A DNA stretch of 63,183 nt, the filler included, from Octopus bimaculoides (lineage: Eukaryota): the NCBI RefSeq assembly GCF_001194135.2. It is 4 parts of 4 records of this genome, joined end to end, with 100 filler letters (N's around TTAATTAATTAA, not from the genome) between each part and the next. Parts side by side here need not be neighbours in the genome. Positions count along the whole stretch, not along the records: positions 1 to 20,763 come from NC_069000.1; positions 20,864 to 32,060 come from NC_069004.1; 2 more parts are not named here. The stretch is one strand, 5' to 3'. Made by a program: the position numbers and the translations under genes. This document shows, in pieces, positions 13,785 through 24,081 of this stretch. Under the pieces are notes generated by a model that saw only the letters and a list, made by a program, of their open reading frames with translations, had not been told where the DNA came from and did no database searches. Positions within the stretch are counted from its first letter, which is position 1. Each line of letters starts with the position of its first letter.

Positions 13785-14150
13785 TTAATTCCTTCCTTGC
13801 CTTTAACCCTCCAACACGGAGTATAGGCCACTTATAATTGAATTCCATGTCGCATAATTTCTCACTTCTGTACTTATACTCTGCCATGAATGTCCCCCTT
13901 TCTCTAGTTCCTTTTCTATTAATCTACGCCACGAGTTCTTAGGCCTACCTTTCTTTCTATATCCATCCGGATTCCACTGTAAAGCACTTTTCGCTACATT
14001 TGGTGTGTCCTTTCTAATTGTGCTACCAATCCACTTCCACTTTTTCTTAAATATTTGCTCCCTAATTGAAACTTGATTTGTTCTTTGCCATAGCTCCATA
14101 TTGCTTATGTGTTCAGGCCATCTGATTTTAAGTATACTACGCAAGCATCT
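13785..14150 (-). mobile_element. 5'-truncated RTE-clade LINE, uninterrupted C-terminal ORF
   Basis: RCLRSILKIRWPEHISNMELWQRT...KKWKWIGSTIRK...ALQWNPDGYRKKGRPKNSWRR...W*, followed by a short AAGG-type tail. Confidence 0.88.
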
Positions 14151-15081
14151 GTCTCAAAGCCCAACCCCTCATCCTCGTTGTGAGAGATGGAAACAGGTAA
14201 AGCTGGCCAACAGGGCTCTGGTGAAGTTGAATGGGCTAATCACCCATGCAATGGATTTTCGAATTGATTACGAAAACACTAATGGTTGACAAATCTTGTT
14301 GTATTAATTTACCAACCGAATGTTTCCAGAGTCAAAGGTGTTTTATGACGCCAAATAATCAAAGCTCTTGGGAAGTTAGCAGGTTAATAATAATAAGAAG
14401 AAGAAGAAGAAGAAGAAGAAAAGAGGGAGGCCCGTGGACTTTTACAACTGGCATTAACAATGAAGATTGCCACAATTGGCCTAGACACCTACCTGAAAAA
14501 CTCTGAGGACTGGATGTTAAAACTAGTCTCAAAACATGAAAACACACATACATACATGTGCACACACACATACATACATGTGGTGGTAGTGGTGGTGGTA
14601 GTAGTGAGAATGATGGTTGTGGGAATGATGATAATCAGGAGGGTGAGGAGAGTGGTAGTGATGAGCACTTCCTTAGCCATCGCCCCATTCACAGCCACCA
14701 AGTTCACCTTGACGACTGTCACCTCCATGTTTATCACCACACCAGATTCACTCACCATGGTAAACATCACCACCTCCACTACCACCACCACAACTATCAC
14801 AACCGCTGCCACCACCACAACTACCACTGTCAACATCAACACCACCACCACTACTACCAATACCAACACCACTACTACCAACACTACTAACAACAAAACC
14901 AACACCACCAACCTCACTATCATTTCTATCACCAACACCACCACCACCTACAATATTACCAACACCTCCACCAACAGCAGCACCACCACCACCACCACCA
15001 TTGTGTATTCCATTCTAAATCCTGATGGAGTTTATTCCACTAATTCTTCTTTGTTCTTAAATCTTGTGTGTTTTTTTACAG

Positions 15082-15195
15082 ATGTGGATGAACAGCCTGG
15101 CTATAGAAATGAAAGAGACCTTGAAAGACTTACTGAAAGACTGTCTGCGAGAATCCCAGACAGGACAACCTGGTCCAAACAATTATCCTTCACAG
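15082..15195 (+). CDS. DYNC2H1: Dynein-2 heavy chain exon 4 (MWMNSLAIEMKETLKDLLKDCLRESQTGQPGPNNYPSQ)
   Basis: TTTTTACAG acceptor, GTAATC donor, 114 nt, phase 0/0. W..L..EMK.TL and YPSQ motifs. Confidence 0.93.
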
Positions 15196-16266
15196 GTAAT
15201 CCAATTTACCAATTCTCTTGTGATTTTGATTTTTTCTTCTACTTCTTAGAAAACATTATTTGCTTTACTTCATTTTCGAATCTGATTTGCCAGATTCTTT
15301 ATGTGAACTCGTGTGTTGAAGCAAATTTTGTTTTGTCTAGGGAGAGTCATATTATCTTAATGCTTATCTCTATAAAAAGATTCTCCTTGTTGATTCTTTC
15401 TTGTGTAGAAATTCCAAACGCTTCTTAACATACAAACTCCTCGGTGACCATATTCCCTTCTCCCGCCTACCCATTAAAATACATATAAATTTACTTCTTG
15501 TTTCTCTAAGAACAGATATAAACTTCCTGCTGAAAAAGAGTCCAGAACTCCAACTGAAGAGTATAAAACCCACAGAATTGTCTTCCCTTACACACACTTC
15601 CTGTTTTAACACCACACTTCCTGTTTAACACATAAACTCTCAGCCTTTTTTAAACCCTTGAAGGCAGCGCCCCAGCATGGCCACAGTCCAATGACTAAAA
15701 CAAGTAAAAAAAGACATTATTTGCATATCATATTGTTATACTTGTGGATGTTGGTCTTCACTTCAGCTTTAATATTATTATTATTATTTTAGTTAAGACG
15801 GTGAGCTGGCAGAATTGTTAGCATGCTGGATGAAATGCTTAGTGGTATTTCACCCATTGCTACGTTCTGAGTTCAAATTCTGCTGAGGTCGACTTTGCTT
15901 TTTATCCTTTCAGGATCGATAAATTAAGTACCAGTGAAACACAGAGGTCAATGTAATCATCTAACCCCTCCCCCCAAAATTTCAGGCCTTGTGCCTCCAA
16001 CAGAAAGTATTATTATTATTATTTTAGTTTCTTTATCAAAATTCTTTCATAACACATCCTGTGACCCCTTCAGCAAATCTCTATACTTTTGTGTCTCCTC
16101 TTGTTCTGCTTATTCCATTTTTGATATCACTTTTGGAAAACAAGTTTTCTCTATTTGATATTCTTGGTCATATTTTAGACTGATATAATTTTGATAACCT
16201 CTAGTGTTCTCAATCACAATGTAGCATTTAGCTCTGCTCTATAAAGAGTGACTTTTCTTATTTCAG

Positions 16267-16526
16267 ATTCTATGTCTTGTGGGGCAGATTCAATTCACCC
16301 AGCAATGTGAGAATGCTATCAAGCAAAACAACTTGAATGGATACCTGCATGAAGTCAAACATAGGCTTGATGTTCTTACCAGGCAAAATGTGAAATGTGA
16401 AGACATACTTGAGCTGAAACTAAAAGCTCTCATCCTTGATATGGTTCATGGCATAGATGTGATCCAACAGCTGATGGCAGCAAATGTCACTTCTGTTACA
16501 GATTGGCATTGGCAGAAACAGCTCAG
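16267..16526 (+). CDS. DYNC2H1: Dynein-2 heavy chain exon 5 (ILCLVGQIQFTQQCE...ILELKLKALILDMVHGIDVIQQL...DWHWQKQLR)
   Basis: TTTCAG acceptor, GTGAAA donor, 260 nt, ends phase 2. KLKALILD and W.KQLR motifs. Confidence 0.95.
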
Positions 16527-16621
16527 GTGAAAGGCACCAACATTTTCTCGAATTTAATTCTTCAGTTATATTATATCCATTTTCATCTTTTAGCATTCAC
16601 ATTACTCTGCCAAATGAAATG

Positions 16622-16807
16622 CTCATCATCATCATCATCATCATCATCGTTTAACGTCCGCTTTCCATGCTAGCATGGGTTGGACGATTTGACTGAGGAC
16701 TGGTGAAACCGGATGGCAACACCAGGCTCCAGTCTGATTTGGCAGAGTTTCTACAGCTGGATGCCCTTCCTAACGCCAACCACTCAGAGAGTGTAGTGGG
16801 TGCTTTT
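16622..16807 (-). mobile_element. RTE 3' UTR/tail copy ((CAT)n-CGTTTAACGTCCGCTTTCCATGCTAGCATGGG...)
   Basis: Near-identical copies at about 38390-38730, 42983-43275, 45070-45185, 51452-51564 and 55165-55350. Linked to an RTE ORF end at 45474-46149. Confidence 0.8.
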
Positions 16808-17541
16808 NNNNNNNNNNNNNNNNNNNNNNNNNNNNNNNNNNNNNNNNNNNNNNNNNNNNNNNNNNNNNNNNNNNNNNNNNNNNNNNNNNNNNNNNNNNNN
16901 NNNNNNNNNNNNNNNNNNNNNNNNNNNNNNNNNNNNNNNNNNNNNNNNNNNNNNNNNNNNNNNNNNNNNNNNNNNNNNNNNNNNNNNNNNNNNNNNNNNN
17001 NNNNNNNNNNNNNNNNNNNNNNNNNNNNNNNNNNNNNNNNNNNNNNNNNNNNNNNNNNNNNNNNNNNNNNNNNNNNNNNNNNNNNNNNNNNNNNNNNNNN
17101 NNNNNNNNNNNNNNNNNNNNNNNNNNNNNNNNNNNNNNNNNNNNNNNNNNNNNNNNNNNNNNNNNNNNNNNNNNNNNNNNNNNNNNNNNNNNNNNNNNNN
17201 NNNNNNNNNNNNNNNNNNNNNNNNNNNNNNNNNNNNNNNNNNNNNNNNNNNNNNNNNNNNNNNNNNNNNNNNNNNNNNNNNNNNNNNNNNNNNNNNNNNN
17301 NNNNNNNNNNNNNNNNNNNNNNNNNNNNNNNNNNNNNNNNNNNNNNNNNNNNNNNNNNNNNNNNNNNNNNNNNNNNNNNNNNNNNNNNNNNNNNNNNNNN
17401 NNNNNNNNNNNNNNNNNNNNNNNNNNNNNNNNNNNNNNNNNNNNNNNNNNNNNNNNNNNNNNNNNNNNNNNNNNNNNNNNNNNNNNNNNNNNNNNNNNNN
17501 NNNNNNNNNNNNNNNNNNNNNNNNNNNNNNNNNNNNNNNNN

Positions 17542-17612
<71 letters not shown>

Positions 17613-18065
17613 GCCCTCCAACTAAAGTAACCATGTATCTCCCCTGCAGTAAGACACCTGTTTCTGTTCTTCTGTCATTCTTTAGCCTCTCATCACCTGG
17701 CACTAAACCACTGCCTTCAATACCACTCCCCACTCTCAGTTGAGCGATTTTTGTCTTGCAAGTTGCTTGGTGACCATTCAGGTGCTAGTACCATGTACAC
17801 CGCACCCAGTCCATTTTGTAAAGTGGTTGCCATTAAGGAGGTTCTCTAGATGTGAAAACCATTCGAAAGCAGACAGTGGAGCTTACTAGCCCCTGTCAAA
17901 CTGTCTAACTCATGCCTTAAATGATGAGGATGTAGTAGTAGTAGTAATACAGTCTCTTTCACTCATACACACATATATATATGTGCACATCTAAACACAT
18001 TCGTATGCAGATGCACGGACATGCTCATGCTCTTTTACACTATATCAGGTTCGACTTTTTAACGT

Positions 18066-18300
18066 TCTTATTTCTTTATTGCCCACAAGGGGCTAAACAT
18101 AAAGGGGACAAACAAGGACAGACAAATGGATTAAGTCTATTACATCGACCCCAGTGCATAACTGGTACTTAATTTATCTACCCCGAAAGGATGAAAGGCA
18201 AAGTTGACCTCGGCGGAATTTGAACTCAGAACGTTAAGACAGACGAAATACTGCTAAGCATTTCGCCCGGCGCGCTAACGTTTCTGCCAGCTCGCCGCCT
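18066..18300 (-). mobile_element. tRNA-derived SINE family B (GGCGGCGAGCTGGCAGAA head, GAGTTCAAATTCC B box, CCTTTCATCCTTTCGGGGTCGATAAA core)
   Basis: Close copies at 44590-45005 (+) and 52214-52452 (-). Diverged copies at about 15796-16010, 31345-31545, 43500-43725, 54080-54290, 55517-55930 and 62695-62830. Confidence 0.8.
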
Positions 18301-18410
18301 TAACATTTTAACATGTTCTATTAATATGACAGAGTCCTAGGTGGCCCTTTTCTTCAACATGTGAAATGAATTAGTTTTTCTAGATCTTCAGGGCTCTCCC
18401 TTTCTTACAG

Positions 18411-18550
18411 GTTCTACTCGAAGAATACAAACCTCTGTATCGTCAAGATGGTGGACGCTGAATTTAACTACACGTTTGAATACCAAGGGAATGTCCAGAA
18501 ACTGGTCCATACTCCACTCACTGACAAGTGCTACTTGACCCTAACTCAAG
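18411..18550 (+). CDS. DYNC2H1: Dynein-2 heavy chain exon 6 ([46 protein letters not shown]), start of AAA1
   Basis: TTCTTACAG acceptor, GTAACT donor, 140 nt. [20 protein letters not shown] motif. The six exons total 1102 nt in one open frame. The next expected exon (GPAGTGKT Walker A) was not found in the window. Confidence 0.96.
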
Positions 18551-19359
18551 GTAACTTATGAAGCTTGTCATCTTCGTCAGTCATTGTTGTTGTTTTTGCT
18601 GTTGATGCTATTGTGCAGCTGCTGCTGCTACTGTTGTTGTTATTGTTGCTGCATCTGCTGCCACTACTGCTCCTGCTGTTGATACCTCCCTTGAAAATGC
18701 AATTTACCCTCTGACCTCATCCTCTCACCTTTGACATTCTATTATGTTTCCTTAAGAAGCAGTCTACAATATAAGAAGTACAGAGTATTCAACACCAGCC
18801 TATGTACTTTATCCATTGGACTCTCACCATCCAAAAGTCAAATTGATAGAATCACTTGGGGGTACCTTTGTAATATAGAGCATGTCTTGGCCATTTTAAA
18901 CCTTACTGTACAGGAACCAAATTTACCCAGTTCAGTGCATGTGCACTTGGGACACCAGGGCCAAGGTAACTTGTTTTTGGTAATAAGGTACTTTCCTGGA
19001 TTCTCCATTTTTTATATGACACAGTACACACATCTTAATTTTTACTGGCCAACAGAAAGAGGTTGCAAGAACTGATTTACTCATTTACTTGTCTCAGTCA
19101 TTTACCTGTGTCCATGCTGGAGCACAGCCTTTAGTTCAACAAATCAACCCCAGGACTTTATTCTTTGTAAGCCCAGTACTTATTCTATGGGTCTCTTTAG
19201 CTGAATCGCTAAGCTACAGGGACATAAACACACCTTCTGGTTAGAATCTCTTTACCATTACCTTGTGAAATGTACTGCATTTGACGGTATAAAAGATGCA
19301 CGGGTGTATAAGATTCACTCCAATTTCAGCAGGACGTATTCAAGAGGAAAAAAACGGGT

Positions 19360-19639
19360 TTAACCTTTTAGTATTTAAACCAGCCATACCTGGCCTAAAT
19401 ATTCCAGCAGCTTTATGTTAAAACTGGCCAAGTCTGGCTTTTTACATTGACCTTACAGTGTAATTATAAAAAGTAAATAATAATAATCATCATCATCATC
19501 GTTTAATGTCCACCTTCCATGCTGGCATGGGTGGAACCATCAAAATTTAGAAGGTATGAGATAACGTGTGATTAGTTCAAAACAAAATGAATAAATAAGT
19601 ATCACTTTTGACAGAGCAGTCTGAATGCTAAATGGTTAA
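19360..19639. mobile_element. TTAA-flanked MITE family 1 (piggyBac-like), with an RTE tail inserted
   Basis: TTAACCTTTTAG...CTAAATGGTTAA. Inverted relative to 52738-52962. Confidence 0.55.
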
Positions 19640-20469
19640 CATGGATGTATTGCTTATGGAAGGCCCAACTTTGTATGTGGGACCTTTTGCGAGGGCAAAA
19701 GTACATCTTATATGCCATCAAATACACAATGTCTTTTACAACATGAGATTTTTATGATTTCAGTAAATGGCCAGTTATGTAGTATTTAGTCTTCTCAAAG
19801 CATATCCAGTTGAGATTAATCTTCTTGAATGTAAAATGCTATCGGCTGAGAAATTTTACACTTTTGTAATTAATCATTCGTTATTGTAGAAACTGAAGCA
19901 GGAATCTTAACAGATAGAAAATACCAAGGTTAAGAAAATGTCAATCCTAATTAATATTTAAATCAGTGATCACAGAAGAATCTCCAGTGCTGCTTTAAGT
20001 ATCTTTAAGATCTGATTAAGAAGTGTAGTTTTTTAACTTGCTCAATCTAGAAACCAAATAGTGCTCAAGTCAATATAGTTGAAAAGGAATGAATGAAACC
20101 TAGTTAAATACGTAATGTATAGGTGCAAGGCAGGTACTTGTTTACCTATATGGCAAGTCACACCTGTATGAGTCCGCAATTTGAATGGTGGTGTTGATCC
20201 CGAGTTGAAAGACTTCAGATTGAATACTCGTTGGTCAATCCGGTAGGAGAGACCTCACATCAGTGAGGGAGCAGAGCTGATGCACTGCAAGGCCAATTAG
20301 AGGAAGGCCCTCCTGAAACAGTGTACAGTTTTTCCTGGTGACCCCTGAAGCCTGCTGGTGTCTGGTATGCAGGGCTTTCAATTGACAGCACTTGCAGAAG
20401 CAAGTTATTTGCAGTCTCTATGGTTACTCAACAGTCCACTGCTTAAATAGACATTTTTTTTTTTTGCTC

Positions 20470-20763
20470 TCTTTATTCTTTTACTCTCTTTTACTTGTTT
20501 CAGTCATTTGACTGCGGCCATGCTGGAGCACTGCCTTTAGTCAAGCAAATCGGCCCCAGGACTTATTCTTTGTAAGCCTAGTACTTATTCTATCGGTTCT
20601 CTTTTGCTGAACTGGTAAGTTACGGGGACGTAAACACACCAGCATCGGTTGTCAAGCGATGTTAGGGGGGACAAATACAGACACACAAACATACATATAT
20701 ATATATATATATATACATATATACGACGGGCTTCTTTCAGTTTCTGTCTACCAAAACCACTCA
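20470..20763 (-). mobile_element. SINE family A copy, cut by the spacer
   Basis: Reverse complement of the family A 3' two-thirds, including the internal (TA)n(TG)n tract. Confidence 0.85.
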
Positions 20764-20863
20764 NNNNNNNNNNNNNNNNNNNNNNNNNNNNNNNNNNNNN
20801 NNNNNNNTTAATTAATTAANNNNNNNNNNNNNNNNNNNNNNNNNNNNNNNNNNNNNNNNNNNN
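20764..20863. other. Artificial scaffold spacer
   Basis: Exactly 44 N + TTAATTAATTAA (stop codons in all six frames) + 44 N. Confidence 0.97.
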
Positions 20864-20896
20864 TATATCGACAAAAACAACAATATATATATATAT

Positions 20897-21080
20897 CGAG
20901 AGAAGTACCGTAATAGTGCCGGATAGTATTGTTTATATACCAATATAGCGTGTGTCATTAGCCAGCAGGAAATGGTGTTTTCCTGGGGCTAAAACAACAG
21001 TAACATCGTCCTTTACAAGACTTCCACGTTATGTTGGCATATGATCATTACTATCCGGCACTGTTACTGTATTTCTCTCG
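20897..21080. mobile_element. Small inverted-repeat element (32-bp arms)
   Basis: CGAGAGAAGTACCGTAATAGTGCCGGATAGTA (20897-20928) versus 21049-21080: 29/32 reverse-complement match. Confidence 0.7.
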
Positions 21081-21474
21081 CTCAGATATTAAAGACATGT
21101 TGTTCTCCTCGATACGAGATTAGCGACTGTGTGACGCTTAAAGAATATATAGTATTTGCGAGTGGAGACAGCTTTCGTCACTAGCTGTTGATTGTCTCAC
21201 ACTAAGGATGGATAACACTCAGAAACCCAGGTCTGTGAGTATCACGTAAGGCTAGACATGGGAGTGATGACCACCCTTGCAAATGCTATATACGGACACA
21301 GACTGTGTGTCGTTAGCCAGTTGGAAAAGATGTTTTCCTGGGGTTAAAACAACAGTAACATCGTCCTTTACAGGACTGCCACATTATGTTGGCATATAAA
21401 CATTAATATATATTATCAAAGGACATAATCAAAGGACTTACTAGTATATCCTTTGATTAATTTTTATATATATT

Positions 21475-21516
<42 letters not shown>

Positions 21517-21529
21517 CAAACATGAAGAA

Positions 21530-21900
21530 AGTTGTTTGAAACTCAGTAGAAAAAAGATCGGGCCCGTTTGCAAGACTGATGAACACAGCATAGAGTTACA
21601 CAAGCAAAGGAGAATAATCTTGCTGAAAATTTTCAACCATGGACACGAGTGGATTTTCTTGCATCATATCGTTGCTAGATATCATGGAGTAGGGGTAGAT
21701 GTTTTCAAGAAACAACTTGACCTCCTGCTATCGAAGGTTCCAGATGAACCTATATCACGGAAGGAAACTCAAAAGAGGACAATTGTATCGAACGCACTCC
21801 TTCACCGAAAGCCAATCACATAAGATTGAAAAGGTGATTACATTGGCGTTGCTCCAGCATGGCCACAGCCTTAGAGCTGAAATGTTTAAAAGATAAAAGA
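21530..21900 (+). mobile_element. CR1/L2-type LINE 3' end
   Basis: ORF end ...HGVGVDVFKKQLDLLLSKVPDEP...SNALLH* resembles the invertebrate CR1-group C-terminus. Short 3' UTR ending in TAAAAGA repeats. Confidence 0.65.
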
Positions 21901-22206
21901 ATATGTTATGTGTTTCTGATATGTCTGCAATCTGCTTAGACGTGTAAAGAAAAATCGACTAGGTGAACCTCACATGTGTTGCGAATGACGACAACGTTAA
22001 ACGAGGTCACCATCGATTTGTTCGCCGTTTCTCCGCCTGAACCCTAACATATGCTCTTTTGTATCTGACAGACGGCGACCCGCTTCAGGTTACACTTTTA
22101 CGAGGAAAGTGTCCTCCGCAGTAGAAACTGCACGAATTTACTGTTGCTTTAAACAGATTTTGTACACAATGATCAGTGACAACCCAACTCATCGCTGCGT
22201 GTGTGC

Positions 22207-22247
<41 letters not shown>

Positions 22248-22376
22248 TATTACTGAGTTACTGAGAACTCATACGTGAATCTCTACCATCATCATCATCA
22301 TCATATATGTATGCGTGATTATTAACAATAATCATACATATGTATGTATGTTTGTATACACGGGTGGATAGATAAA

Positions 22377-22470
22377 CAGACAGGCAGGTACACAGACAGG
22401 CAGGTACACAGACAGGCAGGTACACAGACAGGCAGGTACACAGACAGGCAGGTACACAGACAGACACACA
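22377..22470 (+). repeat. 16-bp minisatellite (CAGACAGGCAGGTACA)n
   Basis: About five direct tandem copies read from the sequence. Confidence 0.9.
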
Positions 22471-22471
22471 G

Positions 22472-22560
22472 ATATTCTTCAAATTTGTTTAAAATAACTT
22501 CAACGCACAGTAGTAGTNNNNNNNNNNTCTTCAAATTTGTTTAAAATAACTTCAACGCAC

Positions 22561-22620
<60 letters not shown>

Positions 22621-22781
22621 GGTGGTGGTGGTGGTGGTGGTGGTGGTAGTAGTAGTAGTAGTAGCAGCACCACCACCAGCAGATATTCTTCAAATTTGTT
22701 TAAAATAACTTCAACGCACAGTAGTAGTAGTAGTAGTAGCAGTAGTAGTAGTAGTAGTAGTAGTAGCAGCAGCAGAAACAG

Positions 22782-22839
<58 letters not shown>

Positions 22840-22895
22840 GGCGGCGGCGGCAGCGGTGGTGGTGATAGTAGTAGTAGTAGTAGTAGTAGTAGTAA
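22472..22895 (+). repeat. Compound tandem repeat: ~37-bp unit followed by (AGT)n/(GGT)n/(AGC)n tracts
   Basis: TTCTTCAAATTTGTTTAAAATAACTTCAACGCACAG three times (about 22475, 22528, 22686). Confidence 0.85.
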
Positions 22896-22960
22896 TTGAC
22901 CGTTGACTGGACACTATTCAATTTTTTTTTCTCCGTGTTTTTCTCCTTGTCTCCGTATTC

Positions 22961-22994
22961 CTTCTGTTGAAGAGCGTAGCTCGAAACGTCAAAG
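22961..22994 (+). ncRNA. Variant minimal type I hammerhead-like motif (Penelope-like context)
   Basis: CTGTTGA-A-GAGC(GTA)GCTC-GAAA-C-GTC. The core has A6>U and only a 2-bp stem I. Confidence 0.5.
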
Positions 22995-23354
22995 ACTTTC
23001 CGTATTCCCGAGCGTCATACTAATACATCCTTTTGTTACTTACACNNNNNNNNNNNNNNNNNNNNNNNNNNNNNNNNNNNNNNNNNNNNNNNNNNNNNNN
23101 NNNNNNNNNNNNNNNNNNNNNNNNNNNNNNNNNNNNNNNNNNNNNNNNNNNNNNNNNNNNNNNNNNNNNNNNNNNNNNNNNNNNNNNNNNNNNNNNNNNN
23201 NNNNNNNNNNNNNNNNNNNNNNNNNNNNNNNNNNNNNNNNNNNNNNNNNNNNNNNNNNNNNNNNNNNNNNNNNNNNNNNNNNNNNNNNNNNNNNNNNNNN
23301 NNNNNNNNNNNNNNNNNNNNNNNNNNNNNNNNNNNNNNNNNNNNNNNNNNNNNN

Positions 23355-23386
<32 letters not shown>

Positions 23387-23967
23387 GACGGGCTTCTTTT
23401 AGTTTCCGTCTTCCAACTCCACTCACAAGACTTTAGTCGGCCAGAGGCTATAGTAGAAGACACTTGCCCAAGGTGTCATGCAGTGGGACTGAACCCGGAA
23501 GCATGGGGTTGGGAAGCAAGCTTCTTACCATACAGCCACTCCTGCACTTTTTTTTACTTAACGTCATGTTTTCTCTTTTTGTTTTTCTTTTTTAATCGAT
23601 CTGTTTGGCTTCCCGTCGATATCAAAATTTAAAACAAAGAAACAACATACTGAAGTGAAAAATCAAATAAAATACATGTGAAAATATTTATAAACTATTT
23701 ATAAAAAAACATGAATAGATTTTTTATAATGGATTTTCGCGTGACACGAATTTAGTCGCATAACTTGAAACTGATTACCGACGTAAACTGAGGGATGCAT
23801 GTGTATTATATTTATACTATAAACAATTCCGTTTACATCAGTGATTCTTAACCAGGGATCTATATAGCCCTTGAGGGTCCAAATAAGATTTTGTGGAATC
23901 CACGTAGCAAAATATTAAATTGGGAGCCCACAATTGTATTTTAAGGGCCCCTGAATTTTTTTTTTCT

Positions 23968-24001
<34 letters not shown>

Positions 24002-24046
24002 TGTCAAGTTGATAGTGGGGAGACAAACAGACACAAATGCACACGT

Positions 24047-24081
<35 letters not shown>

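Noticed and set aside
16651-17743. Long ORFs rich in X (also at 24037, 27654, 30298, 49758, 59812)
   Set aside because: They read through N gaps and are artefacts.
20120-20450. Possible RTE reverse-transcriptase fragment on the minus strand (YRIDQRVFNLK)
   Set aside because: Only one short motif-like match, with stops and frameshifts and no YADD. It needs BLASTX before it can be called.
20808-20819. TTAATTAATTAA palindrome recurring three times
   Set aside because: Always centred in exactly 44+44 N. It is a synthetic six-frame-stop spacer, not a biological motif or a piggyBac site.
22472-22895. Repeat-spacer-like array (37-bp unit x3)
   Set aside because: The intervening sequences are trinucleotide microsatellites, not unique spacers. 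The context is eukaryotic with no cas genes, so it is not CRISPR.
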